64,000 bases of DNA from positions 2,232,001 to 2,296,000 of the forward strand of contig JAUFOQ010000004.1 of the NCBI GenBank assembly GCA_040285855.1, in the 5' to 3' direction. Shown here in pieces: positions 35,982 to 48,559 of the stretch. Source of the stretch: Eukaryota sp. GEM-RC1. Lineage: Eukaryota. The first letter of the stretch is position 1, and every line of letters starts with the position of its first letter. The position numbers were made by a program, and so were the translations under genes. Below the pieces are notes generated by a model. It had not been told where the DNA came from. It did no database searches and saw only the letters and a program-made list of their open reading frames with translations.

Positions 35982-38900
35982 TGATACCTTCAGTACAAAG
36001 GGAAAGGGAAAGATATTTATAAATGAATTATAATGACTACGTAACTATACTAATACCTTTGGCTAACATTACCTCTTCTCTTCTTTCGAGCTCCTTGTTC
36101 TCTTAGCCACAGGTGTCTTAACTTTGGAGGGTGACTTAGGACTACTCTTACTACTTGAGGTACGTTTAAGCTTAGGCTTCTTGTTACTAGTCTTGATTCT
36201 ACTATTACTATGAAATAAATCTACATTTTCTAAATTACAAATTCACTATACACCTTGGTGTGTTTGATGTCTTTGATGGGAACTGATGAAGTATCACCAC
36301 CAAACCAAAGGACAGTACAATGTTGAACATCGAATGTATCGAACCTGTCTAGGATCTTAATCACGATGTGTTCTACAGAATCCCCAGAAGCAACTGCTCT
36401 GTGGAGATCATGATCAGCAGGTAGATCTGATTGAAAGATCTTACATTGATGAATGCTAGTCTTACTAACATATCCAGTGATCAGATTCTTTAGTGACACA
36501 GAAGATTTCGAATCAACTGATACAACTAGATAAGGTCCAAAGTAATTACCATGGAGCTTACTAGTTTTGGCGATCTTTAACACAAAATCACCAATCTTAA
36601 ATGATTGACTAGATTCAGATTTCTTCTTGGGCTTGATTGACGTCTGTCGAACCTCTGCCTCTTCTCTCATTTTCGTTAGTCGTTCTAGTTTCATTTTAAT
36701 GTCGTCAATAAACGGAACATTCTTTGTTGATTTCTCAACAGCATCTAGTAAACTACTAGGATCTGCACCAGGACTTAAGTCGCTACCAAACATCAGTTCG
36801 TAGGGAGTATGCCTAGCGTTGATTTGCAACTATACAGTTGGAATGTACGTTGACCAATTGTCTCAAACATTGAAGTCCACAAGGAGACGACGTAGGCTTT
36901 GCAGAACGTCTCTGTGACGTCATTCCACCAGCCCATTACTCTGGGAGAAATGAGGAATCGAACGACTTTCTTCAATCGCCAGTAGGTTACAAACTGCCTC
37001 GAAAATAGCATTGGCAAACTGAGTACCATTATCACTATGGATACACAACAATATTCCGAAAATAACAATCACATCTCACACAAGACAATATGCTGTTTCT
37101 TTACTATTGATATTTCTTCGAAGGGGCACAGAATGGTGTATCTGGTGAAAGAAACTACAAACACCAAGAGGTATTGGTTTCCACTCTGATCTTTTGGAAG
37201 TCAACCAATTGTATCGACGATTAGTCTAGCAAAAGGTCTATCAGCCCATAGAGAATCCGTCGATTCAATAATCTTTTCAGGAACAGGTGCCGTTTTCTGA
37301 CACGTGTTAGTGTCATGACTCATCAGGACCTATTTGTATAATAAATTCACTTTTCTCTATTCATATGACTAAGACCAACAATAATTATTGTGGCCTCTGC
37401 AAAGAGTTACAATGTATGTGTACTCCGGAGAACTTCACTCCTGGAAACCAAACTAACCCAAACCCTAGTTCCGTTCTAGGTGAAGATTCCAGTTCCGTCC
37501 TGGCTTCTTCTGAGTCTTCCACCGCGAAGGAACTTGGTCCAGATGGTCTCCCCCTGGGATGACACTGTTGACTATGACATTGTTTCGGATGAGGAACCTT
37601 CTTCTAATGGAACTTCGAATGAGAAACCATTCTCTATCGAAAACCCAAATGAGGATCCATCCCCCAATACTACTATAAACGAGGAACTTTCCTCCAATGT
37701 TGAAAACGAGGAACTTTCCTCCAATGTTGAAAACGAGGAACCATCCTCCAATGTTGAAAAACTTCACCAGATTCACAATCCTATGTCCACTAAAGGAACT
37801 GAATGCTCATGAGACAGCATATTCGTTAGTGTGTAAGGTTTGCGCTATCTTCGGCATTCCAGACCTCATTCACAGTGACAATGGCAAAGAATTTGCTAAT
37901 CACGTGTTCAATGACGTCTGCAATCAATTTGACATCACAACTAATAAATCTATACCTAGTTTCTCTCCTAGCAACGGTTTAGTTGAACGTCGACACAGAG
38001 ACATCCTACAAGCTTTACGAAAGATGCTCATAGACTTTAATGACTATGACAACTGGAGTAAATACATCCCACTAGTACAACTGCTGGTAAACACTACGAA
38101 GAGTAGGGTAACCGGCTTTACACCGTACGAATTGATGTTTGGATCTAACACCAACCCTGGTAGTGATCCAAGTAAAATCATCTCTTGTCTCACTCAGAAC
38201 AAGATTTCAGAAGATTCCTTCCTAGCTGATTACCAATCAAAATTAACAAGAATTTTGAAAAAACGGGAAGAAGCAGAAACCACCCAATCATCTATCAAAT
38301 CTTCCATTACTACGGTCGATACACCCTCGCTATTCGCTATCGGTGACCTAGCACTACGAAGTAACAAAGCTGCTAAGAAGCTTCATGGCAAACAAGAGGG
38401 ACCGTACCTCGTCATTGACATACCTTCTAAAAGCTCACTTGAACTGCAGAACTTTGTCACCGGACATCGCTTCCGCTCCAGCATTCATCTATGCACCAAG
38501 TACCTTTCCGACAAACCCTCCTCTGATGAGTTCCACAAAGCTGTAGCCTCTTGTGATTCTGAAGAGATGGTCATCATCGAGATCCTTGATCAACGTGATT
38601 CACCTACAGGTCCCATATGTTCCGTCGTATGGTTTGACGGCGATACTACTGAGGAACCTCTAAGTCTGGTTAAGAACACTAAGGCTTACTCAAGTTTTAT
38701 TAAACTAAATCCTCACGCCAAACCCAAATCTAAACCCAATACTAAATCTAGAAGTACGCGTAATAGAAAAGCGATCCCTAGTAACACTCCTAATTCCGTC
38801 ATTCTCACTACACCACCTGCTAAGAGGACTAGGTCCTCGAAAAGGGGGAAGAAGTAATGTTAGTGTCATGACTCATCAGGACCTATTTGTATAATAAATT

Positions 38901-41900
38901 CACTTTTCTCTATTCATATGACTAAGACCAACACACGGGGGCATTACTGAACATGTTTTAACATGTCAGCTTTCATACTTGACCAAAAGTAACCACTATT
39001 GCACAGTGTGTCCAAACTTTGTTTCTTGCTTGGATGTCCTGACTGGACTAATCCATGCAGCATATAAAGAACCTTCTTTATCAAGCTAGATGGAATCAAT
39101 CTCTTGTTCGTGGAGTTTATGTGTACATTACTCTTTGTACACAAGGTCGATCCAGTGAACAGTTGATCTCATTGTTCTATCGCTTTGCTTTGTTCCAACC
39201 TGATGGTTGATAGCCAAGAATCAAATAAAGGGATTTATTGTCGTATGAGAGGTCACGAAGACACTTGATAGCCAGCACGTTGGTGTTACGTGGAGGCATC
39301 TCAAAAATAATTTGCGTCATCAATGAGTAAGCCTTCATGAGAAAGGGTTAAATCATATTTGATGGAAAAATTTGAGATCATCAAAGATTTGATTGTTTCA
39401 ACTGGGCGTCGGTCAATAACACGTGTTAACATGTCAGCCCATTGATTGTTTGTACCAGCTACAAGCATTATCTCAAAATCAAACTCAGATAAAATGGGAA
39501 TCCATCGTTTCAATGCGATTCTTCTCTGGAGTAGATATTAGATAGGCAAGGTTCCTATGATCATTCGAGATCGTAAAGTGCCTACTTAACAGGAAACCTT
39601 CTAAACTAGATTCGGTCAGAATCAAGAGAATGGTAAACAGCTCTTTCTGGATAGCTGCCCATTCTGTTGACTGTCATTGAGTAAACGGCTACAAAAAGAT
39701 ACAGGTCTAACTCTACGTTCATCTAACGGAGTACCTGGAGGAGCTGGGGGATTTTCTTCCTGCCAGATCACACCACCAACAGCAATGTTGGATGTATCAG
39801 TTGACATGATAATGTTCCTATCAGTATCAAGTAAGTTTAATGCCATGTGATTTAGGATCTCAGACTTCAATTGTGCGAGTAAAGCATCATGGTCTTTTAT
39901 TCAAAGAATCTTCTTTGATTTTCCACGAGTGAGTTCATTGATTGTAGAAGTCAAATTTAAATAATTCGGAATCCATTCACGAACATGATTTAACGCATCA
40001 AGTAAACTTCTTACCTCATGTAAAGATGAAGGAGCTGGAAGCTCGATCAAAGCCGAAACTCTGTTCTCATTAATGCTACGGGTTTTGTTGCAACAATGTC
40101 TGTCCAGAATCTTATTAAGATGTTTAGAAGTGGTGAACCTACACTTCCATAATCCAATCCGTACTCTAAAACGTTCTGCTCGTTTCAGTACAAGATTTAT
40201 TCTTGAAATAAACACTTCGAAAGTATTGCCTACAACAAATATACCTATATATAAATGAAAACACCTTCGACATGGAATATTTCCATCACGATGTTATGGA
40301 TAATGGTTGGTACCGTCATCAATCCAAAACATGCTCGTTTGAAGCTAATAGACATTCCAGGTATAGACACACTGGTCTTATCGTCATCTTCTTCAGCTAC
40401 GTTTAGCTGCCAGAATGTTTTAGGAAGGTCGAGTGTTCCGATGCAATTTGCTTTGGAAAGGAACTCTAGAATATCACAGAACCGAAGTACGTTTGGTTTC
40501 ACCGGTCTGGTATTAGCTTTAATCCCGTCTGGTACACCGAAGTCACCAGTTAAACGAGGCTTCCTTATGTGGTCTTTGTACACAACCAACATAATGGGAT
40601 TACTGAACTTACCAGTCGATGGTACGGTCCATCCTGTCGTATAAGTTCTTTCAAAAACAAAATTTCGGCTATACGCTGTTCCTCAGGGTTAAGCCTTTAA
40701 GGAGGACGAAATACAGTGACATTTTCATCGTAAAGGAAATGGTCATCGGTGGACAAATCGATACCATATGAGTGAATCTGCTCGGAGAACACTTGTTTGT
40801 ATTTACTGAGTAGGCTCAGAAGCTCCTATGTCTGTTAGGATCATCCAATTCTATCGTCAACCAGAGTCAATGGTTTCTTCAAACAAACTGATGTCAGTTT
40901 GAGTGCTACCGTACTAATCAATATTAAATTTATTGTTGAGAAATTTGATTGAACACTATTGATTGATTGTAATGGTGATTTCATTCTACCATCAAAACAC
41001 TCTCTACATTGAGAAAAATGCGATGCTCTTTATCTAATCTAATGACTAAACCATCATACGTTAGTAACTCCAGTTCATCTTGCAAATCTCTGCCAATCAG
41101 AAGTTGTTTGGATCCAGGTACAACTGAGAGAGAAGTGTTTTCTGTGAATCTGTTTGGCCAAGCTACCAACGTTGAACGTCAGAACACCTACTGCACTACC
41201 TAAGGATGTTGCACGAATATTATTCGCAGAGATGTAGTCAATACAACTGTCAATCGTTGCCATCTCACAGTGACAAATCAAATTGAGCATGTAACTGCAG
41301 AATCAATCTCACCAATCACTGGCACATTGTTAAACAACAATCGAATACACAAGGTACCGTTATCCTTTGACTCGATCCCTAAGTTCTGGTTGAGACTCCG
41401 AATTGTTTCAACAGATGACGTACTTCTACCCTTGCTTGAATGTGTGTTCAAAGCAGCCAATGGGTTCATGTACTTTGCTGGTTTAGTGTAGTTGTGTTTA
41501 CCTATAATATTTGAAAAATAAAATTGGTGTATTGAAACGACAAAAATCACTACGACTATCACCAGACCTACGTTTTGTGGTCTTTTCTTTCTTTTTACGA
41601 TTGAGCACCATATTTCTAAGGTGGCAATCAGTTGCAGAATGTCCAAATTTGCCACAGTTAACACGATTAAGAGTGGTCTTAGCGTCAAAGGGAGTTCAGA
41701 GGTCACTTGAAACAAGGACCTTGATTTCTATATGGAGCGTTTCCACGATTTCAGGAGAAGCTTCTCAATTGAAGACCTCAAAAGGATGGGCAAATGGAAC
41801 TACATCATTCAATTGCATGTAAGTGATCCAAATCCCTTCAAGTTCGTTACAAAAAACTGTTGGAGGAGGCTATCATCCGACTTCAGTTTCTGTTTCCCAA

Positions 41901-43841
41901 TGTGACGATTGGTTGAGTGTCGACCTGATTTGCCAGAGTTGAATCAATCGTTCATCTATGGACAAAATTTCGAATGACTTCACTTGTCAAAGTGACTCAA
42001 GGTCTTCTCAAAACCAAAAACCCAGTATAGTTCAAAACTTGGTTTTCCTGTGAGTTGATATCAACGAAAGTCAGTAGACACTGATCTCTCTAAATCAAAC
42101 ACACGCATCTGAGGTTTCGCACAAACTCTCAGGTAATACAATCCAGTGAATCTTCTGTGTGAACTCTACATTTTCTCTTTTCGTCAAGCAATGTTTTCAT
42201 GAGACAACTACGTTGGAAAATTCTAGGACTTGTACAAAATCATTCACTACACTCATGAAAGTGAGCAACAATAAACATTGACCAAACAATATCATTACAT
42301 CAAGATATTTGGTTTATTTTAAAAAATCTATATGTCAACAAGACAACGGTTCGACTCCCATCGACATCCAAAATTTCACTCAATTGGGGAAATGGGGAAC
42401 CTATGTACTAAATTTGCACTGATATCGTCAGTGTGGCCTTACTGTTGGTCGAGAGCTTCATTGAAAGGAAGTTCGGTAGACAGAGGCTTTCTCAGTCTTG
42501 GACATTAGGGTTTCATCTCATCATTGTTTGTTAATGAGGAACTACTGAAGACACAAATTTTTGTCTAGAGTAGGGTTCTAATCTACATCTTGTAAGGAAG
42601 AGAACTCTTCTGGACTGCCTGAAATAGGTCTTATGTCATCTACGTTTCTGTTTTGAAGACAGAAGTCTACAAAGACGAAACGATTTCAATCTGAAACAAC
42701 TATGTGGACATGCCTATTTTTCGTATAGGGCTTATAGTCTTACCAGAACGCAAAAATAAAGTGAGTACAACTCCAACTAAATCGTTCATGGGGTTCACAT
42801 AGTAGACAAACTCAACTCTTAATGCCGTCTAACGAAATGGAGGGACTTACATCTTCCTTGTACAGGTGAAACATCAGATATAGACAGTTATTTATAACAA
42901 AACACTGAAAAGCTCCTGCTATCTCCAGAATAAAGTGCAAAAGAAACATTATCTGTTTATAAGCCTGCTACAAGGGACTTGCTTGATGGTTCATTAACGA
43001 ATGACACAGTTTCAAGACATAACATCAATCCAAACAACACAAATGTTGATCAATAATCTTGAGAATTCCTCAGAGTGTGACTGTGAGTGAATTCTTGAAG
43101 AATGATTGAGTTCTTCTATCAATGATAGGCATCCATGCTCAGATGGGAAAGTTGTTGACTTGGACCTACATTGAAGTATCCTTTACGAATAAATCGATGA
43201 TCTTATTAGTCATTTCAGTTGACCTCACATAAGGAACTGGTACTCTGTTCAATACAGGTTCTTTATTTGAAAACAACAACAGTACTACTGATACTATTGC
43301 TTAAAAAAACAGGTTCAAGGTTACTTTCTGCTGACAAAGTGGTAGCGTAACACTATTGATAACCGCTAGGAGGTCTAAACTTGTTCAATAAAGCCTCAAT
43401 GTCTATTACTGAGGCAATTAGACCTCCTTGACTGCCGCCACCCGTACTGGATGGGGGTCTTACGTCCTTGACTGCCGCCTTCCACAGAGGATGGGGGTCT
43501 TACGTCCTTGTAGAAGCCGTCACCCGTATTGGATGGGGGTCTGTCTCCCGCATCACCTTCGCCTTCCAAATTGGCTGAGGGAGATGAGCTTCCGCCTCCT
43601 TTTGAAGGAGAGGGACTACGAATGCCTGAAACAGGACTTATATCGGTAAGAGTAGAATCTTATGAGCTGGACTCATAGAATCTACGATTAGACGAGTCTT
43701 CACTAGAGGACTCGGGTTAGCATGGTTTCACCTTTTACCATGGACAATAATTATTGATACCTTCAGTACAAAGGGAAAGGGAAAGATATTTATAAATGAA
43801 TTATAATGACTACGTAACTATACTAATACCTTTGGCTAACA
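35982..43841 (-). mobile_element. Ty3/gypsy chromovirus-like LTR retrotransposon, family 2, internally decayed
   Basis: Identical 87-bp LTRs at 35982-36068 and 43755-43841 (TGTTAG...TATCA on the minus strand) with TSD AAGG. Fragments of protease (IDSAVTCS), RT (KPRLTGDF, LDLPKTFWQ, FIYI), RNase H (TDTSNIAVGG), integrase (GHP, TPYELMFG, GPY) and a chromodomain-like tail. Confidence 0.92.
37305..38933 (+). mobile_element. Internally deleted (non-autonomous) family-1 LTR element nested in the family-2 integrase
   Basis: 76-bp LTRs at 37305-37380 and 38858-38933, TSD CACG. The gag N-terminus is joined at ~37760 directly to the integrase core. Confidence 0.95.
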
Positions 43842-44456
43842 AAGGGGACCTACAGTTCGGTGTCAAACCCCTATTATCATCACTCAACATCAACATACAC
43901 ATACTTCCAAGTAATAAGATTTGTGGAAACTGGTACATGTGTTTATTTACGTATCACTATAGACACGATCCAATCATAGTGCACCCATCAATACAATTTA
44001 TTTTTTTCGATCCCTGGCCAGAGTCTATACCAGGAAGCGTGAAGTGTTGAAACATAGTAGGTGGAGCTGTAATGAACGTGGTATACGTACATAACGAATC
44101 GCTAAAAAGTTCAAACACGTGTGTACATCACATCATAGGAACCGATGAAGTTAACAAGTATTGATATCAACAAAAGAGCAAAGTAAAAAGATCAGTTGTG
44201 AAGTCTGAGCGTACGTTATGATCAGAAGAGGTGTCAAGCTTTACTGTACGTTAAGGAGTAAAATGAATGTTCTTATGCATGTATCTGAAAGGGAAAATAA
44301 GCGTTGGTTTTCAGTCAGCAAGTTTCAGCAAAACATCTCAATTTTCTACATTTTCACAGACCAAATTTTACCCAAAATATTGCAATATATTGCAATTATT
44401 TATTGCAATCATCACATTTTCCAATATATTTATTGCAATGATCACAATTTCCAATA

Positions 44457-45095
44457 TCGTCGAGGTCCCAATACAAGCAACCTTAAATACTATACAAGCA
44501 TACCCTTTACTATGCTTGTATTGGAACCTGCTTGTACTAGGGTCCTTAAAATCTCCCTTTGTAATATCAACTATTAATCATGACAAGATCACTAACATTT
44601 GAATGGATACTAAAAGAAACGTAAACCAGTTATCTTTAAAATATACTGATCAATCCTAACAGACAGGTAGATCAATCGAATCAAAACAAACAACAAAATA
44701 TGACACGTCTACAATTTCGTGGTCAAACAAGGTTTTCGTAATTCTCGTAAATTATCGACCACCGTTAAATCAAACGCTTCTCTAATGTAGAGCAAATATA
44801 ATTGCCGTTCAAATCGAGAAACTTCATTGTATCATTGTTATCTAGGCCATTGGTTGTTCTTGAGTTACAGACTTGTCCATCAGGTGTTCCAGTCTTTTTA
44901 CAAATTATACAAGGTAAGAGCTTTCGGAACTAGTAAATAAAATATGTGAAAAATTTCAATATGACTCTCTCCGGTTTTATTTATAGAGATCAGTATTTTT
45001 AAAAAAGAAATATGTGAGTTTATTTTGTGAAGCAATACAAGCATACACTCTACTATGCTTGTATTAGGATCTTGCTTGTATTAGGACCTCGACGA
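44457..45095. mobile_element. Tc1/mariner-type MITE with TA TSD, nested in a hAT-like remnant (~44380-45155)
   Basis: TIRs TCGTCGAGGTCCCAATACAAGCA / TGCTTGTATTAGGACCTCGACGA flanked by TA. Removing the element restores the host repeat CCAATATATTTATTG seen at 44421. Confidence 0.75.
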
Positions 45096-45227
45096 TATAT
45101 TTATTGTACATTTTTTATGCTAGAAATATATTGCAATATATTTTTTCGATCCCTGTATTGATACGGCAATAATTGATTTTTCTTTGTTCAGAAGAGATAT
45201 ACGGTATCTGATACTTTTCTTACAACA

Positions 45228-47714
45228 ATGATTCACTTGAATTGCTCAATCTGCGACTCAATCTTTGAAGATGCATGTACACTACCCTGTGGACACTGCT
45301 TCTGTCTCTCATGTATAATTCGATGGCTAAAACACAACCCAAATTGTCAGATCTGTGGTCAGGACGCCACGGTCAAAGATATTGTTTCCTGCTACGCTCT
45401 CCGTAAAGCTGTTGATAGTCTTGCTAGCAATCCCGCTGTTTTACCTGAGATCCCTTCTGAAGACCTCAGTTTCAATCTCAACGATGAATTGGGTAGTGGA
45501 ATCAGCGGAACTGTTTATCTATGTGAATGGGCTGACACAAGTGTTGCCTTGAAACTCGTCCGGAAAGCTGATCAGAAAGAAGCAAGACTCTTGCAAGAAG
45601 TCTCCCACATGGCCTCTCTGTCTCATCCTTTTGTCCTTCGAGTGTTTGGTATAACCAGACTTCCGAAGCACATTGGTATCTTGATGGAACTTGGTTCTGG
45701 ACATCTGCAAGTTCCAACATCTCTTTCTCCCACCACCCTTGCTCAAGCGATTGAGATATGTACCGCTGTGAAATACTTGCATTCCAAGGGAATTGTCCAC
45801 CATGACATTAAGCCCCAAAATGTCATTATAGTGAACTCACAGGTTAAGCTCGCCGATTTTGGTTCTTCACGGACTATGTACAACTACACATCTACTCTTG
45901 AAGTCACTCCAAAGTATACTCCGTTTGAAGCTTTCAAGAAGATCTATGGACCAGCTTTTGACGTTTATAGTCTGGGAATATTGTTTTATGAAATGTTTGC
46001 CAATAGACTTGCATTTGAGGATATGCTTGTTTTTGAAGTAGTTATGGCCAAACAAAATGAACATATATTGAGCTTTCCTGAAGATTTTCCCAAGCCAATT
46101 TCATCTTTGATTAACAAATGTCTTTCAGTTAATCCTAGTGAAAGACCTTCTATTAATGATGTACTGAAAGAGTTGAAAGAAATTCAAGGAACCATTGAAG
46201 TATTTGAGTTGAACAATTCACTAGCAAATGATCTTCAAATAGAGAAAAGTAATGATGAATTAGCTTTTGAAGGGTACCAAGAAGCTGCAGAACGAGGTGA
46301 TCCTGAAGCCATGGTTAATCTGGGTAACTGTTTTCTTGATGGTATTGGGGTAAACAAGAACGACAGACAAGCTGTGTACTGGTTCTTGGAAGCTATTTCT
46401 AAGGGAAACTCTAACGCAAGAACACGCTTAGGGAAAACTATTCAGTGGTGTCAACAGCACGCAGAATTAGGTGATGAACTTGCAATGACTGCGATTGGTG
46501 TTTGTTTCTATGATGGACAAGGTATCGAAAAAGACCAATCAAAAGCTGTATACTGGTATCAAAAAGCTGCAGATTTGGGTCACTCTGGTGCCATGGGTTA
46601 TCTTGGTGTTTGTTACCACAATGGACAAGGAATCGAAAAAGACCACTCAAAAGCTGTATACTGGTATCAAAAGGCTGCAGATTTGGGTCACTCTGGTGCC
46701 ATGCGTAATCTTGGTGTTTGTTACGATAATGGACAAGGAATTGAAAAAGACCACTCAAAAGCTGTATACTGGTATCAAAAGGCTGCAGATTTGGGTCACT
46801 CTGGTGCCATGTATAATATTGCTGTTTGTTACAAGAATGGACAGGGAATCGAAAAAGACCAATCAAAAGCGGTATTCTGGGTTGAAAAGGCCGCAGATTT
46901 GGGTCACTATGGTGCCATGCATGCTCTTGGTTGTTGTTACCACAATGGACAAGGAATCGAAGAAGACCACTCAAAAGCTGTATACTGGTATCAAAAGGCT
47001 GCTGATTTGGGTCACTCTGGTGCCATGCGTAATATTGCTGTTTGCTACAAGAATGGACAGGGAATCGAAAAAGACCAATCAAAAGCGGTATTCTGGGTTG
47101 AAAAGGCCGCAGATTTGGGTAACTCTGGTGCCATGTGTAATCTTGGTGATTGTTACTATGATGGACAAGGAATCGAAGAAGACCACTCCAAAGCTGTATA
47201 CTGGTATCAGAAAGCTGCAGATTTGGGTAACTCTGGTGCCATGGTTTGTCTTGGTGATTGTTACTTTGTTGGTGAAGGAATCGAACAAGACGACTCAAAA
47301 GCTGTGTACTGGTATCAGAAAGCTGCAGATTTGGGTAACTCTGGTGCCATGCGTCATCTTGGTGATTGTTACTATGATGGACAAGGAATCGAAGAAGACC
47401 ACTCAAAAGTTGTATACTGGTATCAAAAGGCCGCAGATTTGGGTAACTCTGGTGCCATGCATGCTCTTGGTGATTGTTTCTATGATGGACAAGGAATCGA
47501 AGAAGACCACTCAAAAGCTGTATACTGGTATCAGAAAGCTGCAGATTTGGGTAACTCTGGTGCCATGGTTTGTCTTGGTGATTGTTACTTTGTTGGTGAA
47601 GGAATCGAACAAGACGACTCAAAAGCTGTGTACTGGTATCAGAAAGCTGCAGATTTGGGTAACTCTGACGCGGCACAGCAACTAATTTATCTTTATGGTC
47701 CTGATTCTGATTAA
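45228..47714 (+). CDS. RING finger, Ser/Thr (TKL-like) kinase and Sel1-like repeat protein
   Basis: C3HC4 RING CSIC..LPCGHCFCLSC..CQIC; LGSGISG, VALK, HHDIKPQN, DFG, DVYSLG; ~13 36-aa Sel1 repeats. Confidence 0.93.
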   Translation: MIHLNCSICDSIFEDACTLPCGHCFCLSCIIRWLKHNPNCQICGQDATVKDIVSCYALRKAVDSLASNPAVLPEIPSEDLSFNLNDELGSGISGTVYLCEWADTSVALKLVRKADQKEARLLQEVSHMASLSHPFVLRVFGITRLPKHIGILMELGSGHLQVPTSLSPTTLAQAIEICTAVKYLHSKGIVHHDIKPQNVIIVNSQVKLADFGSSRTMYNYTSTLEVTPKYTPFEAFKKIYGPAFDVYSLGILFYEMFANRLAFEDMLVFEVVMAKQNEHILSFPEDFPKPISSLINKCLSVNPSERPSINDVLKELKEIQGTIEVFELNNSLANDLQIEKSNDELAFEGYQEAAERGDPEAMVNLGNCFLDGIGVNKNDRQAVYWFLEAISKGNSNARTRLGKTIQWCQQHAELGDELAMTAIGVCFYDGQGIEKDQSKAVYWYQKAADLGHSGAMGYLGVCYHNGQGIEKDHSKAVYWYQKAADLGHSGAMRNLGVCYDNGQGIEKDHSKAVYWYQKAADLGHSGAMYNIAVCYKNGQGIEKDQSKAVFWVEKAADLGHYGAMHALGCCYHNGQGIEEDHSKAVYWYQKAADLGHSGAMRNIAVCYKNGQGIEKDQSKAVFWVEKAADLGNSGAMCNLGDCYYDGQGIEEDHSKAVYWYQKAADLGNSGAMVCLGDCYFVGEGIEQDDSKAVYWYQKAADLGNSGAMRHLGDCYYDGQGIEEDHSKVVYWYQKAADLGNSGAMHALGDCFYDGQGIEEDHSKAVYWYQKAADLGNSGAMVCLGDCYFVGEGIEQDDSKAVYWYQKAADLGNSDAAQQLIYLYGPDSD
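46480..47670. repeat. 108-bp coding tandem repeat (Sel1-like), ~11 near-identical copies
   Basis: Unit AMxxLGxCYxxGQGIExDxSKAVYWYQKAADLG(H/N)SG. Confidence 0.95.
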
Positions 47715-47770
47715 TTTTGTTACGGTACATTTAATCAGCTTCTCTTTTCAAAAAAAAAAGAACATTTTGG

Positions 47771-48085
47771 TAGACATGTACACGACTCGACTCAACTCAA
47801 CTTGAAATTCACTTGACTCGAATCATGAGTGGTGTCGACTTGAGTCCGACTTCTAAGTCATAGTTAGATGGTTACTCAAATTGTTATACCAATTTCGCTT
47901 TATCTACAAAAGTTGCTAACAATAGTCATAAACTTTAATTAAAATAGTTTAAATGATATTTAACAAAGGCTTTGAGTCGAAGTAGTTGAAGTAGACAGTA
48001 CTCGTTTTGGCTCTGCTTTGATATTTCGTGAGTCGCCTCAACTCATGAAGCGGAGTCGACTGTTTGAGTTGGTTGTACAGGTCTA
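47771..48085. mobile_element. hAT-type MITE
   Basis: TIRs TAGACATGTACA / TGTACAGGTCTA, subterminal GACTC repeats, TSD CATTTTGG/CATTTTGA. Confidence 0.7.
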
Positions 48086-48559
48086 CATTTTGACTCAAAG
48101 ATACTTTCGGTATCTACCGAAATCCTGCAATTGAGGGTTTCGTTTTGATGTTGTGATATATATGAACGATTTCGTCTTGTAGGATGAAACCCACAATTGT
48201 CAAAGGAAAAGAAGCTTTTGAGTGAGCAATGAACGATTTAATTGTCTGAAAGTACGTGTCATTTGAGACTGTGTACAGATAGAAAGGATCTACTATATCA
48301 GAGCACGATATAATGTACTGTTAGCTATTTGTTGTAAGGTCGTTTTAAAAGCTTTATCTATACCAAGAGCATATTGATGTGCTGCTTGTAGAGAAATTCG
48401 AGAGCTGTATGTATCTTTTTTTTTAAAAAAGGTAATAGTACTCTTGAAACCTTTCAGTGTTGTCTACCGAAGATGTGGGTTGAATATTTTGTTTAACACT
48501 TCAGTTTTGAAAACTTTTTTCCGGTAAATTTCGTTTTTTTCTTTATAAATATTTTTTCC

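Larger units (their letters stand above)
35850..44016. mobile_element. hAT-like MITE split by the family-2 LTR element
   Basis: TIRs CAGGGATCGAAAAAATAAATT (35850) and ATTTATTTTTTTCGATCCCTG (ending 44016). The two halves join to match 10564-10928. Confidence 0.8.

Noticed and set aside
42345..42370. tRNA gene suggested by GGTTCGACTCCC (B-box)
   Set aside because: No A-box, acceptor stem or cloverleaf in the preceding 60 nt.
46438..47730. Long antisense (430 aa) and alternate-frame (396 aa) ORFs
   Set aside because: They are by-products of a stop-free 108-bp repeat in the Sel1 array.
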